A stretch of DNA of 64,000 bases, taken from Takakia lepidozioides. Taxonomy: Eukaryota; Plantae; Bryophyta. The notes beneath the pieces were generated by a model. That model was not told the DNA's origin and made no database searches. It worked only from the letters and a program-made list of their open reading frames with translations. The stretch covers positions 30,318,001 to 30,382,000 of the forward strand of contig CM060734.1 of NCBI GenBank assembly GCA_030704615.1. The letters run 5' to 3'. Shown here one piece after another: positions 49,860-62,392 of this stretch; position 1 is the first letter of the stretch, and each line of letters starts with the position of its first letter. A program made the position numbers and the translations under genes.

Positions 49860-51020
49860 AGATAACATAGTACCTTGTAGGTATTTGAAGATTTTCTTCA
49901 ATGTTGTACAGTGTATTATTTTCTTTGGATTGTGACAATATTTTGAAACATTATTGCAATGTCCGGATTGGAACCCCTCATTGCAAACATCAAACTACCA
50001 ACAACCTCTTGATAAAGAAAATCGTTCTCATTGTCTTGATGGTCGTCCCTTGCGTAAACGGGTAAGTGTACATTTGGATTACTTGGGGTCCTCATAAGAT
50101 GAGACTTATCAAACCCAAACTTCTTTTGAATTTGCAATATGTACCTAATTTGATCAGTGTAAATCATTCTGAGTTCACGATTTCTAACCACATGAAGTCC
50201 CACATAAACAGTCCGCTGGTGTTGATGTGACTTCAATCATCTCATTTAGGTAATTCACCATATCTATCAACTTGTTGCCATCTTTTGAACAAGCAAGGCC
50301 ATCATCAACATATATGCAAGCAATTGTCATTGGTGACATCTTCCGAAAAGTAAACACAAGGATCTGTTGCACTTGCATGCAAATCATATTTGATCAGGAA
50401 TGGATCAAATTTGTGATTCCGAGCATGTGATGCTTAACAGAGGCCATACAAACTTTTATGTAGTCTACAAACCATATGTTTCTAACATGGTATTTGGAAG
50501 CCGGAAAGCACTAGTCGTTTCTTACACCCACGGCAGGTGTGGACTGCGGCTGATTCCACAGCAAAAAGTGTAGAAAAAACCGTGGAAAAAGCCGGTTTCT
50601 CTTCTAGGCGTCTTTGGTTGTGCCCATGTTAATTTCCTCAACTAAATTGCCATGTAAGAACACGATTTTTCATGTCGAATTGTAGTAACTCGAGATCCTC
50701 TGTTGCTACAATTGACAAAATGGCCATGATAGAATCGAACTTTCATTACATGTACATATGTTTCATTAAAATCGATATCATGCTTTTGTGAAAAACCTTT
50801 TACAACAAGCTTGGTTTGGTAATGATCGATAGTGCCATCAGATTTTGTTTTCAGTTTGAATACCCATTTGCATTGAACGGGTTTGCATCTATGCGGCAAA
50901 CTGACGAGTTTCCATGTCTCCATTTCATAAAGGAGTCACATTCCTCTAGCATTGCAACTTGTCACTCTGTCTTTTGCAACTCAAATATTATGGTTACATC
51001 ATTAGCATTATGGTTCCTCG
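49860..51020 (-). pseudogene. Degraded Ty1/copia reverse transcriptase
   Basis: TWKLVSLP..CKWVFKLK..LVVKGFSQ, IYVDDGL, YQEVVGSLMF; many disruptions. Confidence 0.85.
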
Positions 51021-53279
51021 AGTAAGGACAAAAATTGTATTATCTCGACATATGTCATCCCAACAAATGATGGATAGTTGCGCCTAATACATTCACCAAA
51101 TGATTTAGGGTAGTTGCAAGGTAGGATGGACCAAAAGTGGCATATGCCCTCTTCCATGGAAGTCCGTCACAAAAGAAACTCATGGGGTCACATAGGCTTC
51201 GGCAAATCTGAGTGGTCCATGCAGTTTCATTTTCAAATTTGCCCGCCAAGGTTGTGCGCGCACTGACCGGAGAAAACCTACAATCACTAGTCACGTTGAA
51301 TGGTACGTCGTTGTTCCATTTCCAGAGATGCTCAAGTCGTTCATCGTAAAGCACAAACACCTTGAGATCAACGTTATCCGAGCTCAGGTATTCATCGTCT
51401 GAATCATGAATCAACATACTTATCAAACTTGAAACTCACCCAAACATCTCTGGCAGATTACATGAAGTGCAGATGTAGGACGAACAATGTGCAACGTGAG
51501 AGAGAAATCACAAGTGGTCAGACAGCCCGCGACTTTCCACACTCGCGTTCAAAATCAATATGGATAGTTAAAAATTAAACTAAAAATACGTATTTTTAAA
51601 AACTGATACGTCATCCATAACCGGATGATAACGGGAGTGTCTACATCCAAATTTTGCCGTGATTTTGTCAAATATCCATAAAAAATCCATTGTACATAAT
51701 ATGACCTTATACCTTTTTAGTAAAGAAAATCACCCTAGAAAAGCTAAAGAAATGACACCATGGACTTGTATAAAAACGTGTATTTTTTACGCATATATTA
51801 GTCCATAGGTCCTAAATGACGAAGTGTTTTGTCATTCTAAGATCATGGTTAAGATTATCTCTAAATTGGCATCTCCCACTCAAAATTGCAAATCAATAGA
51901 GGTTGTCCACATTGTACTTTTGAAGTCCACAACACTACCTTTCTGTGCGCCGACAGTCCATTATAAAGTGGGATTCAAAAGTTCATAGCTCATTGGCATT
52001 TTATTTGTTTGGCAATTGGTCAATTGCTATAGGTACAACTTGAAGTTACCAATCCTAGACCATATATCTGTGATTGCAAAAATGGCTCTATAAAAAGAAT
52101 TTTGGGTACCATCAACCGGGGTCGCTGTAAATTGACTTGGCGACTCCCATTTTGGTCCACCCTACCTTGCAACTACCCTTATTGAGGTCTCATCGATCGT
52201 GGTGGTAATCATGTTCGCCACGTTTGCACTCTTGGATTGTTTGCTTCTCTCTTTATCTTTATCCTTATCTCTTCTGACTCATCTTCTTCCACAATGTATT
52301 TACACTGACACATGATTTTGAGGAACATGGTTGTTATCAGGATCTTCAAGAAAAATCAATGGATCCTCTGACCTATCTTTTCCATTTTCTTGGAATATTT
52401 TTCTTCATCAAACAATACATCTCTACTAAGAAGTATCTTTTGATTTATTAGATCCCAAAGTTTGTATGTCTTGGACTCAGCATTATAACCCATCAGTATG
52501 TAATGAGTGCTCTTAGAATCAAGTTTCTTTTGTTTCTCCTTGGATATGTGTGCAAAGGCCTTGCACTAAAACTCTCTCAGACGTTTCACATCCAGCTTTC
52601 TTCCACACCACGCTTCCATTGGTATTTTTATCTTTTAACAACCGTCTTCCAATCCTATTGAACACATATACTGTAGTCACTACAGCTCTTGCCCATAACT
52701 ATAATAAGAAAATGGGAGTAGTAGGTTATGGATAGCATGGGAACGAGGAGGGCCAAAGTTCTTAGACTACTGTTTCTTTCCACAACCAGAAAACAAGAGC
52801 CTTCTCACTAAACCTTCTAAACTTTATTTTGAAAAAAATGGATTGCACTTGTCCTAGATTATCTCATGTTAGACTTATGTATCTTAAGCTAATCAGTGAT
52901 ATTTCATACTGCCAATTATAAGTTGACATATGTCAAAACTCCAGTAAACCACAAACTCTAATGTGATTCATTTTACTTCGCTTGCATTCTATTTCAAAAA
53001 CGAGGAATTCAATGTCGACTTTTTTGAAAGATTGGGATATGCTCTCAAATCCGGCAGCAGTTCCTGCTGCTGCAGCTTTTGCCCATAACAGAGATTGTAT
53101 GTATACACACTCAGGGTGTATTGAGGAATCAACGAAGCCTCTTCCCTTGTTTGCCTCCTCATGGTCGATTGGTTGTATTGAGGAATCGATATAGCCTAAC
53201 CACTTTTGTCCCTGCAGGCCTTCAAACCGTCCTTGATGGCTTGGAATTTCAGGTGTGGTCTTGGACCACACTGGGGCAT

Positions 53280-53392
53280 CAGACAGTCTTGGGCATCAGA
53301 CACGGCTTGGACACAACTCCCTCCAGGTCAGCTTCATCCAGTAGGGTCAATTCATCTGGTCTAATATCCAGATAATCAGAGAGAGAGAGAGT
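53280..53392 (-). mobile_element. Short internal fragment of the LINE family, preceded by (CT)n
   Basis: Similar to 6141-6213 (reverse complement); (GA)n at ~53379-53392. Confidence 0.55.
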
Positions 53393-53640
53393 GAGATAGT
53401 AATATCATTGTCTGATCTTTAGTATATGGGGTACATTGATGACCAAGGAGGGACAAAAGATGAATGTTAGGGGGAAGAAAAGAGACACTCAGTACTATCC
53501 TGGAAAAAGTCTTCCACTGGAGGGACTTAGTGATTGATGTACCACTCAGGTTGCACATGTAAGGACAACTATTATATGACCAAGTGTCCATGACATTTTA
53601 AACTAGTACAAATGGAAAAAGTGAAGGATAGGACACATAC

Positions 53641-55227
53641 GCTTGTTTTTGCTCTCCGATCTTCTGAGGGTCAGCTTCATGCATGTTCTGCCTGAACTGT
53701 TGTCGTACCAGAGCTAATAGCACCTCCCTATTCCCTTGCTGCCCCCATGCACATGCCCCGTGAGCACCACAAAAACAGAACAAGAGGGCTAGATTGAGAG
53801 ATAAGCTCTGAGTGCTAAAAACAACAGTATTGTGGCTTTTGTTTTGTCCCATTCTTGCTGGGTGTTGCTCTTGGTATGACTGTGCTAGGTTCTCTGCCCG
53901 CTGCCCGCTGCTCCTGCTAGGGCCAACATGTCTTGGCTTACAAGGTTGTCATGAAGGTTTTTGCTTTTTGAGTTGTCGGGGTAGTTTCCGCTTTCCATGC
54001 TGAGAGAGAGAGAGAGAGATCAATGCAGAGCCTCCAGATGAAATAACAAAATAACATACGGAACCATCTTGAATGCCACTGCCTCCTGTTGTGAATACCA
54101 AACCAGGAAATCTGCCAGTATAAACACATAGCCCTAACCTCCAGGCTATCTGTTGTTGTAAGAAAAGGAATAAGCCTACCTGACTGCCCAGGTAATCAGC
54201 CCTTCGCAGACATTCCCGATACAGCTGCACCCCACCATCATCCAAAATATCTTTGTCAGGTTTTTACACCTTTGAAGTCGATTGTTTCAATCACAATATT
54301 CTGTCACTAGAGGATCTGCTTGTTCACCACTCAGATATGGGCGCTTTATTGTTGCACAGAAAGAAATCGTCCCAGTTCAAATGACAGATATTTTTAAGGG
54401 AGAATGGGTATCGAACTTTGAGACATCACGGCAATTGCAAAATCATCATCTAAACAAGGGTTATACTCGCTTGCCTCTGACCACAAAACCACTAGTGGCA
54501 CATGAACGAATTTCGGACCTAAGTAAAACCACCAGGCAGCCAACAGCATAGAGGTGGGTTGGTGAAGTAATTGCCACATCGGAAGTGACATCGATTCCGC
54601 CCAACTACTTGTGCGTATGGGCCATCGACCCCACACACCCTTTGCGTTATCACAGTTAGGCTGAGGCAGTTGTGACAAAGGGTATTCTTGTAGATGGTTG
54701 AGTACAGCTCTTATGATTTTTTATGTGGCTTGAACTTGGTACCTAGGTCTGAATCAATTTCAAAACATTAGCCAAGGTTCCCTTTTCTTACAATGTGTCC
54801 TAAGTCGCACCTAGAATCCGTCATCCAGACTCTCTACAATATCTTTCGGGATTATGGCTTAGCCTAACACCCTTTCAGGCAGGTCGATGATGTAGTTCCA
54901 TGGAATAAACTAGAGAAGAAGCTCTTGTTGATCATTTTTTCCCAAAGACAGGGTCGATAATCCCCGTTTTAACCCTAATTACAAAGTTGAGCTCGTCTTT
55001 CTATCTACCCGAATCTACCAACAATGACAGAGATTTTTCATTGCTCCGCATCCGAATATAGCAATCCATGTCCCCTTTTCACATACGTCCTCACAAAAAC
55101 ATGAAAAGATGACCAGCATTCTCAAATCAAGTACCGCAAAAGAAATGTGAGAGAATGAGAAATTCGGGGAGAAGACGAATACATTGCGGGCACATTCGGC
55201 TATATGAGAAGGCACTGCGGACTGCAT
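53641..55227 (-). CDS. LYR-motif (Complex1_LYR family) protein; exons 55183-55227, 54180-54224, 53641-53738; last exon not identified
   Basis: Spliced MQSAVPSHIAECARN|LYRECLRRADYLGSQ|QGNREVLLALVRQQFRQNMHEADPQKIGEQKQA with GT-AG boundaries. Exon 1 is less certain. Confidence 0.7.
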
Positions 55228-57744
55228 TTTCTCCACCCGCACAGCGACCCGCCTCCTTCAACTTTCCAACCTCCGTGCGTGTTTCTCACTGTGATTCCTT
55301 CAACAGCGGCCTATGCGAGAAGCCATCGACAGAGCACCACGACTAGTGTTCTGACGAATCCTAACCGTTCATGACAATGAGATGGACGATACAAATAAAC
55401 CGCCCAGAACATACCACACCAGTCAAGGTAGCAAGATTTGACCCCAGAACCATCTGGGTGGCACTAAGTGCATTTTCAACTGAGCTACCAACTGTTGGTG
55501 TAACTTAACTTAGGAGTACATCAAAGTAGACAGTTATAGCCGTAAGGCAAAGGGCTCTTGGTTATGTCTGCTTTTGGCCGGAGTCTTATCTCTCTCCTAA
55601 AGCTAGTTCAGTGAAAGCTAGATGTGAATTCAAATTTGAGCTCTAATGAGACAATGAAGAATGGAAATCCAAAAACATTCGCAACATATACTCAAATTTA
55701 TAGCAGATTTGCAATCGTGTTATTGTGAATGGCAACAAGAAAAAATGTACGGGGAGTTCCAAGCATACTTTTGAAATCCTCAAGTACATTGCATTTGAAG
55801 AGTATCGACCTCATTGTAACTTATTGTGGGTTGATGAATGTACTCATCTCCTTTTGGATCACAAAACATCTTGTTCAAAAAGATAAAATACATATGACAT
55901 ATTCCCCTCTTATACTAATAGTACTATTCAAGGATAGCATGCAAATGAAATCATGACAAGTGCAACTTAGTGAAAGTTAATGAAACTTAGTGAAAATTTA
56001 CCAATGATGTAGTGCATGTCCTATCCTGATTGAATGCAATGTAGGGTAGACCAGAATGGACATGGAGGTTCAAGCAAATCCTTTACAAATTATTTCATGT
56101 CGTTCCATTCTGTTCAAGATCTTGAATGTTAGAACATGAAAATCAGAAAATAGAATTGTAGAAAACTATTTGAGCATGGAGCTTAAGGGATCCAATCTTT
56201 GTAATCTTTTGTTTCTTCTTTAGAAATGTGGAGTGAGCTTCAAGACGATGACACTCTCCTACCACGAAGTCTTGAATACGATGACGACAACAACATTAGT
56301 GGATGTGCCAACAGAAATGGTGCATATATCCGAGGATAGGGGACGGTGGAACATTTTCAAATTAGACTTAAAAAAATCGTTAACGTCCTATATCCACTTG
56401 TTTCGATTTTGCAGTTACTACGGTCTATGGTACCATCCATATTCTTAAGAAAAACTCATCATTGCATCCAAATGTACATAATTTAGAATTGCCAACTCTA
56501 GTATCTACATGTACCAATTGGTGGATTGTAAAATGGACAAAGTATGTCTGAGCTATGGACTTCTGAACCGAATGATGCGGATTGGAGACATCGTAAAACT
56601 ATTTGATGGTCCAGGAGGCAAACGCGGGAAGAGGCTTCGTTGATTCCTCAATACACCTGAGGAGGTAATATAGGATAGCATGCAGCAGAGTACGTACGCA
56701 TATATAACAAGGATAAGCTTTGCCTCCACCCAATCACAGTGAAGGTAGGGGAAACGTTGGTGCATCCACTGCAGAATAGAACGAACGCCCCCACCAAATT
56801 CGTCGTAGTGGTCACGAAGGCATATCCACGTGAAACTGTCAAGAATCTGTATTTTGTTTCTGACATGGACGGGAAGGGACAATATTTTCCCCTGCAAATA
56901 GAAATCCATGAGTCTGTCACTTGTCCCCCCTGGGTTAAGCAACAGATCTGCGTCATCTAGTCTAAGATTGATGTGGGGGCCTATAGTTGTGCAGAAAAAC
57001 CACACATCTGAGGAGTTTTTGACTTGTGCACCACATGCTATCCTGAAGACAGCCAACATAACGATACATGTCAAAGAAGGGAGATTTCAATAATGAGGGT
57101 GCACGAGGTAATGATAGTGCGGAATGCAAAACAGTACCATTGCAAAGAAGGGAAAAGAGCACAATTTGTTGACTCACAAAGCTTCCTTGAGCCTTTCATG
57201 GACCCTGCAATCACATACAGAACGTTCATGTCAGCAAGATGATGCCGAAGGGGCTGGGGCATTGGGAGAGGAAATTCCAAATTGACAGGTGCAGAAAGAG
57301 GGCATTCAGTAGCTTGGAACAGAGCGACTGCAATCGAGAATGGGAATGGGAACATCTTCATGAAATGTCGATTCTGTGCAAGTACCCCAAGCAACCCTGT
57401 CGTAACTTTCTGCGGCCTCTAGAGTACAATTGGTAGGTTGGTAGCTATCTTCTCTTTAACCTAAAAAATTACTAAATGCTTACACGCTGCAATATTTATC
57501 AAGTCTCATAAGAAGCGAAAGAAGCTCGGTTAGGCAAGTCGCGAATACTTTTACTGATGGAAACCTCATGACAGATCCATCTGTAGCCAACTTGGAGCTT
57601 GAATAACATCAACATTTGGTACATATGTGAACTGGTCATTATAACGTTCATAAAATTGGTCCCCACCACTTTAATTTCTAAGAGCAATTGCCTAAGCTAA
57701 GTGCACATTACATTTATATAATCCAAAAGTTTAATATTGTTATG

Positions 57745-59030
57745 AAGTTAGGCATAAAACTCCCTGAACTTGTTTCCAGTCTATGACATGGGCAAGGACA
57801 TTGTGGATGATCTGAACGGCCTACCTACCCTCCGCACTAGAAAGGAATTTTAAGGCGGGGAGCTTACCTTTGAACAATAAGCAGATGCAGAGAGGAGACG
57901 GAGATTACAATTGCCTGATGTGCAGACAGCCAGAAGACAATTATCATTTTCTGATACGTTGTCAGGGGTATTCTCACCAGAGAGTGACCCTCTTCAGGAA
58001 CATCAAGAACATGGTTCCTGCACCTCTGTTCACCAACTTTCACCATCTTGAGGCTGAGCCTAAAACCCTGGCCCTGTTGGTGTCGAACTTTTGGGCTGCT
58101 CACATACAGCAGATTGATGCGTGTGTGGAAGGCTTTCTAGAGGATATCAGAAACCCCAAACTAATCGTTTATGTCAAGGTAAAGTCACACTACTGGAGTG
58201 AGCCCCTCACAAAGGTAGTGCCTATTCCGTATGATTCCTTCTAAACTGGGCGCGGGGTCTATGGCCACAAGGCTACGTGAAAGAAAGTCTTATGAGTACA
58301 TTCTCTCTCTCTCTCTCTCCCACACCCGGATCAATTGTTTATTCCAAGGTAAGTCTTACTACCAGCGTCAGCCCCTAGGTTCTGTCCCTTTGTGTTCCTC
58401 TCAAACTGGGCGGGGTCAATGGCCACAAGGCTACGGCAAACAACTCTCTCTCTCTCTCACACACACACAGCAGATGTGATGCTTCTGTGAAGGGTTTTCT
58501 AGAGGATATCTGGAAAGCCTGAACTAGTTGTTTATCCCGAGGCAATTCACACTACCGGAGTTACCCCCTCACAAAGGTAGTTTCTGGTCCCTTTTGTTCC
58601 ACCCAAACTGGGTGCGGGGTCAATGGCCGAAGGCTACGGCAAACGACGTCTCATGAGTACATTCTCTCTCGTATGTCTGTTCACCAACTTTCAAAATCTC
58701 AAGGCTAAGCCTAAAGCCCTGGCCCTGTTGAACTTTTGGGCTGCTCGCTCACACACAGGAGATTGATGCTTGTGTGAAGGGCTTTCTAGAGGATATCTGG
58801 AAAGCCCAAACTTATGTTATATGAAGGTAACTCCAACTACTGGAGTGAGCCCCTCACAATGTAGTGTCTATCCCCTCTGTTTCCGTCCAAACTGGGCGCT
58901 GGGTCTATGGCCACAAGGCTACGGAAAACAAAGTGTTATGAGTACATCCTCTCGCTATCTCTCTCTCTCTCTCTCTCTCTCCATGATGCTACAGCAAACA
59001 ATGTCTTACGAGTACATTCTCTCTGTCTCC
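57745..59030 (+). mobile_element. Head-to-tail stack of 4-5 5'-truncated LINE 3' ends, each ending in (TC)n
   Basis: Copies at ~57745-58320, 58324-58460, 58465-58670, 58676-58981 and 58985-59030; zinc finger CLMCRQPEDNYHFLIRC in the first. Confidence 0.85.
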
Positions 59031-59766
59031 CACTCTTCAACTGTGTGACTAGGAGCACAACCACAGGCACATATGCCACCTATTTTTCGAGCTAAGGGCT
59101 AGAGGAGCATGGCCTCCTGCTTTAACGTATGATGTTCCATACCAGGACATCAAAACTGAACCCCTGTAGATCTAATGTCATCGGCTGTCTGTGACTGCCA
59201 TACCAATTTCATGTTGAGATTTAATTGGAGGATGCAGCAGTTCTTGAGTCTACGTTGTGTTTGAGAACATATGTTAGCAAATAAAACAAACATACAAGAA
59301 GCTAAAACATTAAACACTCAATTCCCTGCCTGACCACAAGCACTATGAGAAATTGGGAATGAGTCTTCCGATACTCTGTTGGGTTGATACTCCACAGCCG
59401 ACTCTGGGAGGGACAATGCTGGTAAGGTACATCATAACCGGTCCACAGAAATACCTTTCTCAGTGCGTCCTTCTCTTGTTTAGAGCATTAAATGCATATT
59501 CTGACATGAGATTTGGCAGGGCTACAAGAGCCTTGTTCAACCATATGTATTATGAAGCGGAGCGAATGGCCACCGTACAAATTGATGATCCTTGAATCCT
59601 TGCCTTTCTATATAGAAGGTGTGCCACTCATGCCAGAATTGTTGGACTCGTCACTGAAGCAATCAATCCTGAGAAGATGGCAAAATTCGGAAGGAAAAGC
59701 ATGTGAGGTCAAATGAATCAGTTGATTTGGTTATGAGATTCAAGTAATGCACATGCAGATAAGTTG

Positions 59767-59803
<37 letters not shown>

Positions 59804-59905
59804 GGGGGGAGAGAGTTGATAGAGAGGGAGAGAGAGAATGTGCTCATGAGAAATTTGCCATAACCTTGTAGCCATAGACCGTGCGCCCAATTTGGGCGGG
59901 ACACA
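59767..59905 (-). mobile_element. LINE 3' end with (TC)n/(CA)n tail
   Basis: Reverse complement of the same 3' UTR; (GT)n(GA)n on the plus strand. Confidence 0.75.
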
Positions 59906-60909
59906 GAGAGAAGATTGGTGGCAAAGATTGTTTTCCAGACAAAAATAAAGTCTTTGAAATACGTTTGAAAGGTGACAGTCAAGTAGTTATTGTTGAAAGT
60001 GGTTGGAGTGATCTCTATTGCTTTTGAGTTTTGATGGTTTTCATATTGACACTCTCACGTTCTAATCTTCCTTGCAACCAGAAATAGAGAAAGAAATATG
60101 AAGTGTGTAGTAGTTCCCAATTTCAATGCAGTGACTGTTTTTATGTTGGTATTTCAACTGCTGGTCTCCCACATCAATCATGCACAGGGCAAGATAGTGT
60201 ATAATTCAGGGGCGTAATGTTGCGGGCGGAAACTAGAGGTGAAATAATACCTTGTGTCTTCGCGAAGCAGGTCTGGAAATAGAAGCTTGGATGTTCAATG
60301 ATCTGTTGCAATGGCTATCAATAGCCCCAGCACCCCGGCATGAAATGGTCGTGAACTAACAAAAACCTTGTTCACGTCTGAACAGGTAAGCAAGACTCCA
60401 TCAACAAGTATGTCAGCCACTCCAAGCCTGGAAAGGAGAAGGAACACATAATCTCCAAAATTCAGTTAAAATCAAGGGCTGACAGGGCCAACAGAAAACT
60501 GCATTGACTGCCAGCAGGGCGCTCCTCCACCCATCCGATCCCTATCCACCACGGTTTGTCGTTTCCAACGGTCTGGATCCCTTGGACGCGTGTGCTGGAG
60601 TGGGTCAGATTGCGAAAAGCACACTGCAACCCACGCGTCTGTGCATGGGTCTGGCCACTGGAAACACGCCACATCATTGGCCGCCTTTATTGACGACTGT
60701 TCCGTCCATCGAGCTCCAGCGGCAGCCTCCTCTCTCCTCCCGAGGACGATGCTTCCTTCCTTTGTTCTTTGCAGATGTCTGAGAGAGTAAGTAGCTGCAC
60801 GTAATGAAGCAGTGAATCTGGCCGAGTACGAGTTGATCGGTCGTGGCGTAGAGTAGTTGGGAGCTTACCTTGTTGAGGATCTGGTGTTGGGTTTTTGTGA
60901 TTTTCCCAG

Positions 60910-62392
60910 ATGGATGCTGGAGTGGCTGGAGTAAGCAGGGTAGGGGTGGCCTCGTGTTCAATTGTGAAGGAGAGTCATTCTGTACGGGCTGAGCACCAAT
61001 TGCAGCCTGCCCATCGCTGTGGCTTCAAATTGAATCGCGCGTATGGAGGGGCTCTTGGGCTCAGGCGTAGGGTGGACAGGGATTTGCTCCCTAGCCGTCT
61101 TGACTCGTCGGTGTTTGCCGATAGAAGCCATGAGTGTTTTTACTTGCCTGTGGTTTGTGGGAAGAAAGAGAAGGTTAAGAAGATGGCCAAGGTTCGGGAG
61201 ATGGTGAAAGCAGCGAGGCTTGAGCTACAACCGTTGCAAGGGCTGACCGCATGCCAAACTTCTGCGATCGTGGATTTGGAGACTGAAGAAGCTGCACCAT
61301 TAGTTTCTTCTCTTGGTTCGGTGAGTTCCCTGATGCTTGTGGTTTCTTTTCACTCGTCTCTCCTTTTGGCTATTAAAGGAGAGGTTTTTCTTGAGGTATT
61401 GTGGGGGTTGTTCCGAGTGAGTTCTTACTGCTTGAAGTTGAAGTTGTATAACCATTAAGGCATTGTTTATTTGACCTGTGATTGTGGCTCCCGCAATGGG
61501 ATGCACTGTAAGTCAATTAGTAAGTGAGAGAGTAATAAGAAGGCATCTGGAGAGGAAAGATTGAGAAGAGCAGTTGGATTCAACTGCAAGAAATTCAAAC
61601 AACATCATACTTCTGGTGCAGGATACGATCGAGAATGTGATGAAGCGGCTCGCTGAGATTGAGGCAGAGTTGGATGACTGCAAAGGAAAGAAGCAGAAGA
61701 ACAGCTCGTCTTCCTCATCCAGCTCTTCGTCAGAGTCTAGTGACAGTGATACTGGAATGGACATGCGGAGCTTGCGGAGGTCCAAGCATGGACGTCAGAT
61801 TGCAGTGGCCCCGACCATTGGAGATCAGAGCCAAAGGGAACCGGACGGCACTAGTCCCGAGATGTTATCATCGCAGTTAGTCGCAAGCCTGCCTGCAGTG
61901 CGATTGAACTCGGAGGCACAGGAAGAGCCAGCGATTGTAGCTCAAATCCGAGCTAATGTAGGTGAATCTCGAAAGCAGAAGATTCCATTGGGCGGTGGTG
62001 TCATTCTAGAAAGCCCACCTCCTTCTTGGTCTTCTCTGCTTACGTCACCTGCGATTCCAATACAAGTTGGGACCAGAGGCCGTGTTGAGGTTTGCGTTGG
62101 AGGAAAATGCAAAAAAGCAGGATCTCAACAGATCCTCTCAGCTTTTGAAGAAAACATTCCCGAGGGTAACATCTCAGTAACACCTTGCAAGTGCATGGGG
62201 AAATGTAAGAGTGCAGCAAATGTCCGGGTCCAGAAAGAGGAAGTAGAGCCCCAGCTCCATAGTCATGTTAGTGTGGAAGATGTTAGCACTCTACTGGAAC
62301 TGCACTTCGGTTTGGGCAACCCTGCTTCGGGCCTCCAGAGCCCCTCTCAGCCGTTGTTGTCCAGAGTAAGTCCGGTGACTGCAGTTGCATGA
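60910..62392 (+). CDS. DGAT3: Soluble diacylglycerol acyltransferase 3-like protein (thioredoxin-like 2Fe-2S domain); exons 60910-61320 and 61622-62392
   Basis: VEVCVGGKCKKAG...CKCMGKC..NVRV and the SSSSSESSDSD tract; phase-0 GT-AG intron; probable 5' UTR intron ending at 60909. Confidence 0.8.

Noticed and set aside
50510-50610. Hairpin plus CTAG (Helitron 3' end-like) insert within the copia remnant
   Set aside because: Too short and no matching 5' end, so not called as a feature.
56230-57440. Decayed protein-coding region on the plus strand
   Set aside because: Multiple stops and frameshifts and no recognisable motif.
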